DNA of 64,000 nucleotides. It comes from Candidatus Limnocylindrales bacterium (lineage in GTDB: Bacteria > Chloroflexota > Limnocylindria > Limnocylindrales > CSP1-4). The translations under genes were made by a program, and so were the position numbers. Below, piece after piece: positions 51,508 to 61,283 of this stretch. The stretch is from positions 4,380 to 68,379 of the forward strand of contig JBEKVD010000001.1 of the NCBI GenBank assembly GCA_049514315.1, in the 5' to 3' direction. The notes beneath the pieces were generated by a model. That model was not told the DNA's origin. It did not search any database and saw only the letters and a program-made list of their open reading frames with translations. The number at the start of each line of letters is the position of its first letter. Position 1 is the first letter of the stretch.

Positions 51508-52805
51508 GACGCCGGTTTGCGGGAGCCGGAGCGGGTCTCCGTTTCGCGACCGACGGTCCCGCGACCAACGGTCCCGCGACCAACGGTCCCGCCGATTTCG
51601 GCATCCCCGGCAACGAGGCGCACCGTCCTCCGTTCCCCAACGATGGTCCCCAGTTCCACGAGACGCGCCAGCCGCTCGCCGGCCTGGGCGACCAGGTCCG
51701 CAGCCTGGCTCATCGCATCCTCCAGCGTCATCGGCCGGTCCAGCACCGGGACCGCCAGCGTCCCGGCCGCGGCCAGCACGGCGGCGCCCTCAGGCATGAC
51801 GCCACCGCCGACGGCCAGACAGGGAACCCCGGCCGCGGCGGCTCGCCTGGCCACTCCCAACGCCGTCTTCCCGTACGCGGTCTGCTCGTCGATCCTGCCC
51901 TCGCCGGTGATCACCAGGTCGGCGGACGCCAGTCGTTCGTCGAAGCCAGTCTCCTGCATGACCACATCGATTCCCGGGACCAGCTCGAGCGACCGCATCC
52001 GCGGGGCCAGGCACAGCAGGCCAAAGCTGGTCCCACCGGCCGCTCCGGCCCCCGGAACGTCACGGGCCCGCGTTCCGGCCGCCTTCTCGAGCAGGTCGGC
52101 GTAGCGGGCCAGCCATTCCTCGAGGACCGCCACGTCTTCCGGCCATGCCCCCTTCTGCGGCCCGTAAACCGCCGCCGCGCCCTGCTCGCCGAGGAGCGGG
52201 TTGGTCACGTCGCAGGCGATGCGCATCTCCATCTCATGGAGCCGCGGGTCCAGCGAAGCAAGGTCCACTGCTGCCAGGTCCGGAACCGGCCCCCGCAGCC
52301 GGCCGTCCGAGCCGCTTCGATACCAGACGCCCAGGGCGTGGAGCAGGCCGGAGCCACCGTCCGTGGTGGCGCTGCCGCCCACGCCCATCAGGACGTGGCG
52401 AACGCCCGCGTCGAGGACCGCCCGCAGGACCTCGCCCGTGCCCTCGGTTGTAGCTGCGATCGGGCTGCGAGGCTCCCCTGCGGGCAGGCGCGACAGGCCG
52501 GAGGCCTCGGCCAGCTCAACTGCGGCGCGCGCGCCGTCGGCCGAGAGCAGCCATCGCGCCGTGAGAGGGCGACCCAGCGGGTCGTGAGCCGGGCATTCCT
52601 GCCACTCCCAACCGCCCGTTTCGGCGATGGCGGCCAGCGTGCCCTCCCCTCCGTCGGCGAGGGGGGCCCGAATCAACTCGTCCTGCGGGCGGGCCCTCGC
52701 CCAGCCCTCCGCCAGGGCCCGCGCCACTTCGACCGACGAGAGGGACCCCTTGAAGGAGTCGGGCGCGAGCAGTACCCGCAGCCCATCGCGCCGGTGCTCG
52801 CTCAC
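51504..52805 (-). CDS. Glycerate kinase (GlxK/GarK family) with C-terminal (TVGRG)3 repeat tail
   Basis: The core RVLLAPDSFKGSLSS...VTNPLLGEQGAAAVYGPQKG...DLVITGEGRIDEQT matches the glycerate kinase family. The probable start is GTG at ~52805. The rest of the 696-aa ORF is Arg-rich and not coding. Confidence 0.7.
   Translation of the reverse strand: MSEHRRDGLRVLLAPDSFKGSLSSVEVARALAEGWARARPQDELIRAPLADGGEGTLAAIAETGGWEWQECPAHDPLGRPLTARWLLSADGARAAVELAEASGLSRLPAGEPRSPIAATTEGTGEVLRAVLDAGVRHVLMGVGGSATTDGGSGLLHALGVWYRSGSDGRLRGPVPDLAAVDLASLDPRLHEMEMRIACDVTNPLLGEQGAAAVYGPQKGAWPEDVAVLEEWLARYADLLEKAAGTRARDVPGAGAAGGTSFGLLCLAPRMRSLELVPGIDVVMQETGFDERLASADLVITGEGRIDEQTAYGKTALGVARRAAAAGVPCLAVGGGVMPEGAAVLAAAGTLAVPVLDRPMTLEDAMSQAADLVAQAGERLARLVELGTIVGERRTVRLVAGDAEIGGTVGRGTVGRGTVGRETETRSGSRKPAS
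51547..51591 (-). repeat. 15-bp tandem repeat x3 within the glycerate kinase 3' end
   Basis: The plus-strand sequence is cgaccgacggtcccg cgaccaacggtcccg cgaccaacggtcccg. Confidence 0.8.
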
Positions 52806-54856
52806 GCCTCCGTCCCCATCGAGGCGCCGGAGGCTGCCGAATCCATCCCAGCCGAGCCCACGCTCGGCGTCTCCGACACGGCCGGGCCGATGCTCGACGG
52901 CAAGGCGGTCGCGGCGCGACCGCCTTGGCCGTCGAGCATCACTGCCGCGGCGTCGCGATGGCGCTTCTCGAGATACTCGGGGATGCGAATCATGGGCGGC
53001 CTCTCGTGGTCGGCAAGCTCGATAACCTCCAACCCCAGTCGTGCGCGGCCCGATCGCGGCAGCTTCATCGTCGAGCCCAGCTCGGCGAAGAGCCGGGTCT
53101 TGCTCCTTTCCTCGACTCGTTTCATGACGGCCTGCAGGATCACGAAGCTCATCCGAGAGAGGCCCTCGAGCTCCTGGTTGCGATGCACCCTTCGCTCCAG
53201 GTCCACCTGGCCCAGCCCTTCGAGGCCGCATCGGTCGGCCACGTCTATGAGGTGCCCGATCTCGACCGCGTAGCCGGTGAAGAAGGGCAACGTCTCGAGC
53301 AGTTCCCGCCGTCCGGCGTACTCGCCCGCCAGGGGCTGGATGAGACCCGACAGCTCCGGAAAGAAGAGGTTCAGCAGCGGCCTGGCGACGAGTTCGGTGA
53401 CCCGGCCGCCGCCGCCCTCCTTGAGGACGCCGCCCTCGACGATCGGCCGCCGGTAGTAGCCTTTGACATACTGGATACGTTCCTCGGCGATGAGGGGTCC
53501 CACCGTCCCGTAGACCATCCGCGGATGCCAGTTCCGGACGTCGGTGTCGGCCCAGGCGACCAGGTCGCCGCTCGTCTCGAAGAGGCTCTTCCACAGAGCC
53601 TCGCCCTTGCCCGAGTAGCTTCCGTATCGTGTCAGGACCTGCTGGTGGACGACGACGCGGGCGCCCTCCGTCTCGGCCACCGCGCGGGTTCGATCGGTCG
53701 AATCGGAATCGATTACGAGCAGCTCGTCGACCAGCGCATGGCGTTCCATCAGGTCGCGCCGCGCCCTCTGGACGATGCTCCCGATCGTCTCCTCTTCGTT
53801 GAGAGTGGGCAGCACCAGGCTGACAGTCAGTCCCTGTTTGCGCTTCAAGTCGACCAGGCGGTCCAGGTCGCCGAACTCGCGGTGATGGAAGTTGGATTCT
53901 CCGAACCAGCGCTCCACCCGCAGTGGAATCGATCGAGCCTCGATGGCGGCGCGGTCGGCCGCCGCCAGCGTCTCGGCCCGCGCCTCGAGCTTCTCGAAAG
54001 TGGCCTTGCCGATCGCCTCGCGCGTCTTGACGACGATGACCGTAGTGCGCGACCTCGTTGCAACTGCCTCGGGCAGCGCCCCGAACAGGAAGGCCTCGCC
54101 GTGGCCGGCGGCCGGCATGGCCGACGCCCCCATGACGACGAGGTCCGCGGCTTCGGACTCACGCAGGATCGCGTTGCGCACGTTGGCGGCCTCTCGGACG
54201 GCCCCCTCCACCTGGCCGTCGGCGTGCTGGCGGATGAAGTGCGCCAGGGCACGTTCCGACTGCGTTCGTATGCTCTCGGCGACACCCCGTGGCACGAAGT
54301 GCAGGGCCACAACCTTCGCCTCGTTGCGATGGGCCAGGGCACCGGCAACGCGCAGGGCAAGCTCGGCGTGGGGGCCGCCGCGGATCGGCACGAGAATGCG
54401 GCGGATCTCGGAAGGGCCGCGCTGCTTGATCACGGCGATGTCGCACGGCGCGTCCCGAACGACCTCGTCGATGGTCGGCGAGAAGACCGACGCCCGGGCA
54501 CCGGGCCTCGCCGTCGTGGGCTTCCCGCCCCAGCCGAAGACAATCAGGTCGGCGTCCAGCTCAGTAGCTGCCTCGATGACTCCCTCTGCGGCCCGCCGCC
54601 CGATTCGAACGATGGGGTGGATCGTGACGCCTTCGGGGGCGTAGTCGAGGACCCGCTGCAGCAGCCGGCGAGCCTGGCGCGCCCGGGTCGCGCCCTCGCT
54701 CAGTGGGGTTTCCTCCGGGACCTCTACTATCCCGAGGACGGTCAGCACACCCGTCCGGCGATCCATCAGCGACGCGCCGATGCGCACCAGCTCCTGGGCG
54801 GTGAGGGGGTTGGCGACGGGAATCAAGATCCGCGATGGCAGCGGGGCCCTGGTCAT
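52802..54856 (-). CDS. Fusion protein: tandem universal-stress-protein (UspA) domains + glucosyl-3-phosphoglycerate synthase-like GT81 glycosyltransferase
   Basis: N-terminal USP-like halves (ILIPVANPLTAQ...LIVFGWGG; ILVPIRGGPHAE...LVVMGAS). The C-terminal GpgS-type GT-A domain has SLVLPTLNEEETIGSIV...LVIDSDSTDRT (DxD). Confidence 0.7.
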   Translation of the reverse strand: MTRAPLPSRILIPVANPLTAQELVRIGASLMDRRTGVLTVLGIVEVPEETPLSEGATRARQARRLLQRVLDYAPEGVTIHPIVRIGRRAAEGVIEAATELDADLIVFGWGGKPTTARPGARASVFSPTIDEVVRDAPCDIAVIKQRGPSEIRRILVPIRGGPHAELALRVAGALAHRNEAKVVALHFVPRGVAESIRTQSERALAHFIRQHADGQVEGAVREAANVRNAILRESEAADLVVMGASAMPAAGHGEAFLFGALPEAVATRSRTTVIVVKTREAIGKATFEKLEARAETLAAADRAAIEARSIPLRVERWFGESNFHHREFGDLDRLVDLKRKQGLTVSLVLPTLNEEETIGSIVQRARRDLMERHALVDELLVIDSDSTDRTRAVAETEGARVVVHQQVLTRYGSYSGKGEALWKSLFETSGDLVAWADTDVRNWHPRMVYGTVGPLIAEERIQYVKGYYRRPIVEGGVLKEGGGGRVTELVARPLLNLFFPELSGLIQPLAGEYAGRRELLETLPFFTGYAVEIGHLIDVADRCGLEGLGQVDLERRVHRNQELEGLSRMSFVILQAVMKRVEERSKTRLFAELGSTMKLPRSGRARLGLEVIELADHERPPMIRIPEYLEKRHRDAAAVMLDGQGGRAATALPSSIGPAVSETPSVGSAGMDSAASGASMGTEA

Positions 54857-56368
54857 CGGTCCGCCTCCACGACTCCCACGGCCGGCGCGGTCTCGGCAGG
54901 CTCCGCGGTGTCGAGGGGCTCGGTGACCGCAGTGGCCCGCGCCGGGGCAACCCTGGCGGCTTCCGCGGCCTCCGCCGCAGCGCCATCGGCCGCCTGCCGC
55001 CATCGCTCGACCAGGTAGGGCTTCAGGACCTCGAACTCCCGGGCCTGCCGCTCAACGTGGTCCTCGGCCTGCTCCTCGGACAGCCAGCGGTTCTCGATGA
55101 CAAGGCTCCCGACCCGGCCGAAGTAGATCGGCACGAACCCGGCGACGAGCCGCTCGACCTCCACGCTTCCAAAGCTTGCCGAGACCAGCAGGTCGTAGAC
55201 GACGCGGGCCCACAGGTCATCTGGGAAGTAGAACGTGGCCACGGCGTCGGATAGCTCGTCCGTGGACGGCATCGCCCGCCCGGCCGTGCCCTCGCCGGAC
55301 TGGCGGCTCAACCCGAGCCGGTGCGCCGCGGCCTCGGCCAGCTTTCCTGCCTCAGCCGCAAGGTCAAGGACGTGGCTGCAGTCGGCCGGCGTGACGAACC
55401 CGCGCCAGGTTTCGGCGAGGGTCAGCGAGCCCGAGTGGAATTGTGCCAGCAGGCGGAGTGTGTCGACCTGGAGCGGAATCGGCTCGACGACCCGCTCGAA
55501 ACCATAGGCTGGAACGTCGTGACTGCCTGTGATGGCAAGCCACCGGTCGGCGTTGTCGCGGGCCATGGTGAGCATCGTGCCGACGACCTGCCGGAACATC
55601 GGGCCGAGGTCCGAGCCGGGATCCTTGGGGTCGTGGATCTTGGCCCCGAGGCGCGTCTGGCAGACGGCGAACCCGCCCGTCAGCGCCGTGGTGGTCATCC
55701 AGATGTCGATGCCGAACCGGGAAACGTCGGCGGTCCAGCTCTCCTGCTCGAGGTAGTAGCGGATCAGGTCGCCGCTCACGCCGAAGTCCCCGCCGATCGG
55801 CTGGCGGATGCGGTGCCCGTACAGAGCCCGCGTCAGCGGATAGGTGACGGTGTTGGTAATCGTGCCGTCGTACTTGTGGCGGGCATAGAGTGGTGCCACG
55901 AAGTCGTAGCCGCCCTTCAGGATCGGTCCCGCCAGCAGCTCGATCCACTCGGGCACGATCGACCGCAGGTCGGAGTCCACGACAACCAGGGCTTCGACCT
56001 GGAGCGCGGCGGCCATCTCGAAGAGGGTCCGCAGGGCCGCGCCCTTGCCGCCGATGCCGTCCACCTCGGGGTAGGTAAGGCTGACGCGATCGAGGCGGTT
56101 GGTCGGTTTGACCAGCAGAATCTGCTCGACGTAGCCGGGCGGCTCGGTCTCGACGACCACACGCTGGGTGCCGTCCGGGGAGCCGGCGTCGGCATTCACC
56201 AGGACCGGGCGCAGGTCTGGGAAGTACTGGACCAGGCCGGCCTGGGCCGCCCGGACGACGTGCCCGATGGTGGCCGCGTTCCGGTAGCTCGGGATTCCGA
56301 CCATTATGTCGGCGCAACCGAGCCTGGCAATCTCGTCCTTGATTGCTGGGGTGAGCGCGCTCGACGGC
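54853..56368 (-). CDS. GT-A fold glycosyltransferase (possible glycosyl-glycerate/phosphoglycerate synthase family)
   Basis: IMVGIPSYRNAATIGHVV...LVVVDSDLRSI (DxD-like) ...GGDFGVSGDL. It overlaps the USP-GT81 gene by 4 bp. The Arg-rich upstream part of the ORF is excluded. Confidence 0.55.
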
Positions 56369-56423
56369 ATCGCGGTCACCGTACCACGCCGGACGCACTC
56401 GGAACAGTTCGATGCCGGCCTGC

Positions 56424-57110
56424 CTACCGAAGCGGTATCGAAACGACCGACCAGTCGTCGTTGCGGACGTCGGGCTCGTAACGGCTGTTGGCATCCTTGT
56501 AGGCGATGGCGTTGAAACCGGCGCCGCGCCACGTGGCGGCGAAGCTGCCAACCGGCGGCCGAACGAACGGCGTTACTCGAACCAGGGCGGACGGTTCGAG
56601 CGATCCGTCGAGGAGTCGCTTGCGCTCGAGCAGCGGGACGCTGAGCAAGGGCGAGCCGTCGATCCGCAGGAGGTCCACCGCGACAAACGCGATCGGACGG
56701 TCGGGGTCGAGGTTGCGGTGGGGTGCGGACGGCCTTGCGATGCGATTGCCCACGATCCACTGGGTCATCATCTGGCCGGTCGTCGGCGCCTGAATCTCTC
56801 GAGGCGGGACGCCGGCGACGATCTGCGTCGGTTCGACGGTCAGGAAGCCATCGAGGATCAGCTCACCCGCCAGGGCCGCGACCGAGATGGCATTTGCGAC
56901 GTCAGAGAACTCGGCGGTGCAGTCGATGCCCTCTTCGTCGATCAGCCGCGTGTCGTTGCCCTCGAACCGGGCCAGGACGCGAACTCCGCTCCAGCAGGGT
57001 TCGACGATTGCGTCGCGCATGACGCGGCCCCCTCGGCCGAAACGCTGCGGCCTCCATTCGTCCGGGTTCGCCGGCGGATCCGGTGGGTGGGCGCGTCGGA
57101 GAAGCGGCAT
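56424..57110 (-). CDS. ATP-dependent DNA-ligase-like protein with degenerate motif I (Lys replaced by Cys)
   Basis: This is a paralog of the LigC N-terminus. It reads RDAIVEPCWSGVRVLARFEGNDTRLIDEEG where LigC reads TDAIPTGEGWSYEPKWDGFRALVFRDGDDTYLQSRDL. Motif III (LILDGFLTV) and motif V-like (NAIAYKDANSRYEPDVRND) are conserved. Confidence 0.45.
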   Translation of the reverse strand: MPLLRRAHPPDPPANPDEWRPQRFGRGGRVMRDAIVEPCWSGVRVLARFEGNDTRLIDEEGIDCTAEFSDVANAISVAALAGELILDGFLTVEPTQIVAGVPPREIQAPTTGQMMTQWIVGNRIARPSAPHRNLDPDRPIAFVAVDLLRIDGSPLLSVPLLERKRLLDGSLEPSALVRVTPFVRPPVGSFAATWRGAGFNAIAYKDANSRYEPDVRNDDWSVVSIPLR

Positions 57111-57138
57111 GGGCGGATTCTAGCCCTCGCCCGCGCTC

Positions 57139-58149
57139 TTACCCGACGTACCCGGCAGGGTGAGCGCGGCGCCACTTCCAGGCCGAGCCGATGATCTCCT
57201 CGATCGTGCCGTGGCGCGGCTTCCAGCCGAGCTCGGCCGCGGCCCGGTCGGCGCTCGCCACGAGGACCGCCGGGTCGCCGTCGCGGCGCGGTCCGATCTT
57301 CACGGGGATTGCGTGGCCGACCACTCGCTCGGCGGCGGCTACTACCTCGCGGTTGCTGAAGCCCGTGCCGCTACCCAGGTTGCAGATGAGCGGCTGACAG
57401 GGCCCGCTGGCCCGGCCGGTCCGTGGATTGGCAGGGTCCGTCGCTTCGATGGCCGCGAGGTGGGCCGCGGCCAGGTCCTCGACGTGGACGTAGTCGCGGA
57501 CGCAGGTCCCGTCGGGAGTCGGGTAGTCGTCGCCGAAGACGGTCACGGCTCGTCCGTCTGCGGCCGCCGACAGGACGACCGGGACCAGGTGCGTCTCGGG
57601 CTCGTGGAGCTCACCGTACTGGCTGGTGGCGCCGGCGGCATTGAAGTAGCGCAGGATAACGCTGCGGAAGCCGTAGCCCCTGCCGTACCAGGCGATCGCG
57701 GCCTCGACGCATCGTTTCGTCTCACCGTAGGCGCTGATCGGCCGGATAGGATCCGACTCAACGATGGGAGTCCTGTCCGGCATGCCGTAAGTGGCCGCGG
57801 TCGAACTGAAGACGATGCGCCTCACGCCGGCGTCTCGCATCGCTTCGAGCAAGGCGATGCCGCCGGAAACGTTCTCGCGGAAGTACTTGGCCGGATCGGT
57901 CATCGACTCACCGACGATCGACTTGGCTGCGCAGTGCAGGACTGCCTCGATCCGCCGACGCTTCAGCAGGACGGTCAGCGCGGCGGTGTCGCCGTAGGTG
58001 CCGATCTCGAGGGCCGCTCCGGGCGAAACAGCACCGCGGTGTCCGGTCGACAGGTCGTCCAGCACGGTGACCTCATGACCGGCGTCGAGGAAAGCCTCGA
58101 CCGAGACTGATCCGATGTATCCAGCTCCGCCGGTCACGAGAATGCGCAT
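57139..58149 (-). CDS. galE: UDP-glucose 4-epimerase
   Basis: Rossmann GGAGYIGS and catalytic SAYGETK (YxxxK). 336 aa. Confidence 0.9.
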   Translation of the reverse strand: MRILVTGGAGYIGSVSVEAFLDAGHEVTVLDDLSTGHRGAVSPGAALEIGTYGDTAALTVLLKRRRIEAVLHCAAKSIVGESMTDPAKYFRENVSGGIALLEAMRDAGVRRIVFSSTAATYGMPDRTPIVESDPIRPISAYGETKRCVEAAIAWYGRGYGFRSVILRYFNAAGATSQYGELHEPETHLVPVVLSAAADGRAVTVFGDDYPTPDGTCVRDYVHVEDLAAAHLAAIEATDPANPRTGRASGPCQPLICNLGSGTGFSNREVVAAAERVVGHAIPVKIGPRRDGDPAVLVASADRAAAELGWKPRHGTIEEIIGSAWKWRRAHPAGYVG

Positions 58150-59094
58150 TCAATTGCCCCTGAAGCGTTGGAACCAGCCGCGCTTGCGGGACGGGGCAAC
58201 GGCGCCCCGCTCAGTCGCTGCGGTCTCGTTCGATTGCGGCCCCGGTGAAGTCCCTGCGGTGACACCGTGGGGCTCCTCAGCAGCGTCGCTCGCCTCGGCG
58301 CCGGCGGCTACCGCCGCCACTTTGCCGTCCCCTGCGGCGGCCTGGGCGTCGGTCTCTCGAAGAGCGTCGCCAGGGCCACGGAGCTCACCAGCCTCGGCCG
58401 GAACGGTGTCCGGCGCGCCCGCGGCTTCATTCGCGCCGGAATCGCCCATCGCACCGATGGCCTCGACGGCTGCCGCCATCTCCGCTTCGGCAAACGCGTC
58501 GGGTGGCTGCGCCCGCGACCCGTCCGGCTCAACCGATTGCCAGCCGATCGGCATGGCGTGATGCCGCTTGTTTCGGGGGCGGCTGGGCTCACGCGCACGG
58601 GCAGATCTTGGGCCGACCCGGCCGGGCACGGTTCGAGCGAGCGACTCCCTGTCCGGCGCCGACCCTGTCGACCACGCCTCGCCCGCTTCGTCATCCTCTA
58701 CCGTCTCGGCCGCGGCGGCTTCGCCGCTGCGAGGTCGTCCGTTGCGGCGTTGCCGGCCTATGGCCTCCAGCCGTTCGGCGGCGCGCAGTGGCAGCTCCGG
58801 CAGCTCGTGCCCGGCGGGTTCCGGCGGCACCGAGCCGGCGGGTGCTCCCGCTCGACGCTCCAGCGTCTCGATAACCTGCCTGGCGAAGACGCAACCCGGA
58901 TCGAGGTCGATGGCCTGGCTGGCGAATTTGCTGGCGAGCCGCTCGTCGCCGCGCTCCAGGAAGACGCGCGCGAGACCGCCGATCGCGATTGCATTCGTCG
59001 GGTCGCTTTCGATCAGCTGCCAGTAGGTCCGTTCGGCCTCGTCGAGCAGGCCATCCGCCAGCGCCCTGTCCGCCTGGAGCAACAGCTCGAACAT
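58150..59094 (-). CDS. TPR-repeat protein with long disordered acidic C-terminus
   Basis: The N-terminal 100 aa are TPR-like (AERTYWQLIESDPTNAIAIGGLARVFLERGDERLASKFASQAIDLDPG). The stop abuts the galE start. Confidence 0.5.
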   Translation of the reverse strand: MFELLLQADRALADGLLDEAERTYWQLIESDPTNAIAIGGLARVFLERGDERLASKFASQAIDLDPGCVFARQVIETLERRAGAPAGSVPPEPAGHELPELPLRAAERLEAIGRQRRNGRPRSGEAAAAETVEDDEAGEAWSTGSAPDRESLARTVPGRVGPRSARAREPSRPRNKRHHAMPIGWQSVEPDGSRAQPPDAFAEAEMAAAVEAIGAMGDSGANEAAGAPDTVPAEAGELRGPGDALRETDAQAAAGDGKVAAVAAGAEASDAAEEPHGVTAGTSPGPQSNETAATERGAVAPSRKRGWFQRFRGN

Positions 59095-59116
59095 CAGGCC
59101 GCCCCGTGCATCGCTT

Positions 59117-60436
59117 TCACGACCCCGGATTCTGCATCAATCCGCGATCCGACATCTCGTCTCGCGCCAGGTCGAGCAGGGTTGCCCGATCGTTGAGTGC
59201 CGGCTCGGCCACGACTCGCTCGGTCAGATCGTCGAGAAGCTGGCCGAGGACTGGGCCCTGGGGTATGCCCAGCTCCGCCATCAGGTCCTTGCCGTCGATC
59301 GCCAGCTGGTTCCGGCTCAGCACGATGTTCTCAGCCAGCTCCGCCTGCACTCGCGCCGCGAGCTCGGCGAGGTGGCCGGAGTCGGCCGGCAGACCGCTGC
59401 CCACGTTGTCGGCCGCTCGCAGCGCGAGGAGGTCGCCGATGCAGCCCGGGCCTACCTTTCGGATGAAGCGCCGCACTGCTGCGTCGGTCCAGTTCGGCTC
59501 GTACGCGAACATGTGGTGGAGGACGAGATGTGCCACTCGCTCCTGGAGCGCGCGAGGCGCGTGGAGGTCGGCCAGGAAGTCTCTCGCCATCCTCGAACCG
59601 ACCGACTCGTGGCCGTGGAAATGGCCGTCGGCGAGGGTGTCGGGTTTGCCGGCGTCGTGGAGCAGCGACGCGAGGCGCACCACCTGCCCGTTGGGGGCCG
59701 CGTCGACCGTGCGGAGCGTGTGATCCCAGAGATCCTCTCGTTCGATCTTGTTCTGGGTCACGCCGCGCTGGAGGGCAAGCCCGGGGGCAATCACGGACAG
59801 CAGGCCGGTATCCGCCATCAGTCTCAGGCCGATGGACGGCTCGCCGGCCGCGAGCAGCTTCAGCAGCTCGGCGAGCAGACGCTCGCGGGATAGGTGACGC
59901 GCCAGCTCGGCGTTTCGGCAGATCGCCGCGAGCGTCTCGGGCTCGACCTCGAACCGGAGCGTCGCCGCCAGCCTGACGGCCCGGACCATTCGCAGGGCAT
60001 CCTCCCGGAACCGCTCATCCGGATCGCCGACCGCCCGTAGAAGACGGTGTGCCAGGTCGGTCCGGCCACGGTGAGGATCGACGAAAAGGAGTTCGTCGTC
60101 CGGTCGTGCGCCCCAGGCCATCGCGTTGACGGTGAAGTCGCGCCGGGCCAGGTCCTCCTCGATCGAATCCCCGAACTCGACCGCATCGGGATGGCGGAAG
60201 TCGGAGTAGGAGACGTCGCGCCGGAACGCCGTGATCTCGTACTGGGCCTCGTCACGCCGGACAACTACGGTGCCGAACCGATTCTCGTAGACGGAGCCGG
60301 GGAAGAGGGCCTGAACCCGCTCAGGCGGCGCATCGGTCGTGAGGTCCCAGTCGGCCGGCTCGCGGCCCAGCAGCGCATCGCGCAGACAGCCACCGACCAC
60401 GTACGCAGCCTGGCCGCCGTGCCACAGAGTCGCCAT
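59117..60436 (-). CDS. cca: CCA-adding tRNA nucleotidyltransferase (PolyA_pol head + HD domain)
   Basis: AYVVGGCLRDALLGREPADWDLTTDA (GGxxRD...DxD nucleotidyltransferase motif). The C-terminal HD region is ...LLHDAGKP...HGHESVG. Confidence 0.8.
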   Translation of the reverse strand: MATLWHGGQAAYVVGGCLRDALLGREPADWDLTTDAPPERVQALFPGSVYENRFGTVVVRRDEAQYEITAFRRDVSYSDFRHPDAVEFGDSIEEDLARRDFTVNAMAWGARPDDELLFVDPHRGRTDLAHRLLRAVGDPDERFREDALRMVRAVRLAATLRFEVEPETLAAICRNAELARHLSRERLLAELLKLLAAGEPSIGLRLMADTGLLSVIAPGLALQRGVTQNKIEREDLWDHTLRTVDAAPNGQVVRLASLLHDAGKPDTLADGHFHGHESVGSRMARDFLADLHAPRALQERVAHLVLHHMFAYEPNWTDAAVRRFIRKVGPGCIGDLLALRAADNVGSGLPADSGHLAELAARVQAELAENIVLSRNQLAIDGKDLMAELGIPQGPVLGQLLDDLTERVVAEPALNDRATLLDLARDEMSDRGLMQNPGS

Positions 60437-60503
60437 CAGGTCGGCGACTGGGGCCGAGATATCGGGCCGTGGGCTGCCACCCGGCTTCGACCCCCGACCC
60501 GGC

Positions 60504-61016
60504 TCAGTGGCCAAGGAAGAGGTACGAGCGCCAGGTCTCGTTGCGATCGTCGCGCAGGTACGGGGTGAAAAGCGAATACACGTCGCAGCGAGGCTCGATC
60601 GGCCGGCGGGCCAGCCGCAGCTTGGCGTCGTCGAGGAGTTTGCCACCCTTACGGTGGTTGCAGGCCTTGCAGGCCGTGACCAGGTTGTCCCAGCTGTGAG
60701 AGCCGCCACGGTGACGCGGCACGACGTGGTCGAGAGTCAGGTCGTTCGTCTGACGACCGCAGTACTGGCAGGTGTAGGCGTCTCGAACGAAGACTTCCCG
60801 GCGCGTCAGCTTCACGCGGGGCCGCGGCCGGCGGATCTGGTGCTGAAGCCGGATCACGGCGGGCGCACGGAAGTCGGCCCGCGGCGTCCGGATCACCTGG
60901 TGGTCGTATTCGAGCACCTCGGCCCGCTCGCCGAACACCAGCCGGAAGGCGCGTGGCAGGTTGCACACGTTGAGTGGCTCATAGTTCTGATTGAGGACCA
61001 GGACCACGCCCTCCAT
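60504..61016 (-). CDS. HNH endonuclease-family protein
   Basis: CQYCGRQTNDLTLDHVVPRHRGGSHSWDNLVTACKACNHRKG is a complete HNH motif with a Cys4 Zn site. Confidence 0.8.
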   Translation of the reverse strand: MEGVVLVLNQNYEPLNVCNLPRAFRLVFGERAEVLEYDHQVIRTPRADFRAPAVIRLQHQIRRPRPRVKLTRREVFVRDAYTCQYCGRQTNDLTLDHVVPRHRGGSHSWDNLVTACKACNHRKGGKLLDDAKLRLARRPIEPRCDVYSLFTPYLRDDRNETWRSYLFLGH

Positions 61017-61283
61017 GGGCGCATCCTACCAGAGCAAGGCCTTACCCCCGGCCCCATGAAGGGAGGCTGCCGGGGGGCACGTTTCAGCCTTCCGGGCGGC
61101 TCGCATCGTGCACAGCCTGGCAGGCTGGCCGGTGCGACCGAGAACGGCTCTCGCTATTCGCGGCAATCCGTTCGCACTGGACGGAACATCCGGCGCCCCA
61201 GGCCGTCAAAGGAGGGTTTGGCGGTTTGCCAATAAGATTGGCGCCGGCTCCCCCCTCCGCTGTAAGGAAGAGGACCTGACCCG

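Noticed and set aside
51258-55018. Plus-strand ORFs 51258..53273 (671 aa) and 52925..55018 (697 aa) opposite glxK and the USP-GT81 gene
   Set aside because: They are antisense, Arg/Gly/Pro/Asp-rich, and have no recognisable motifs.
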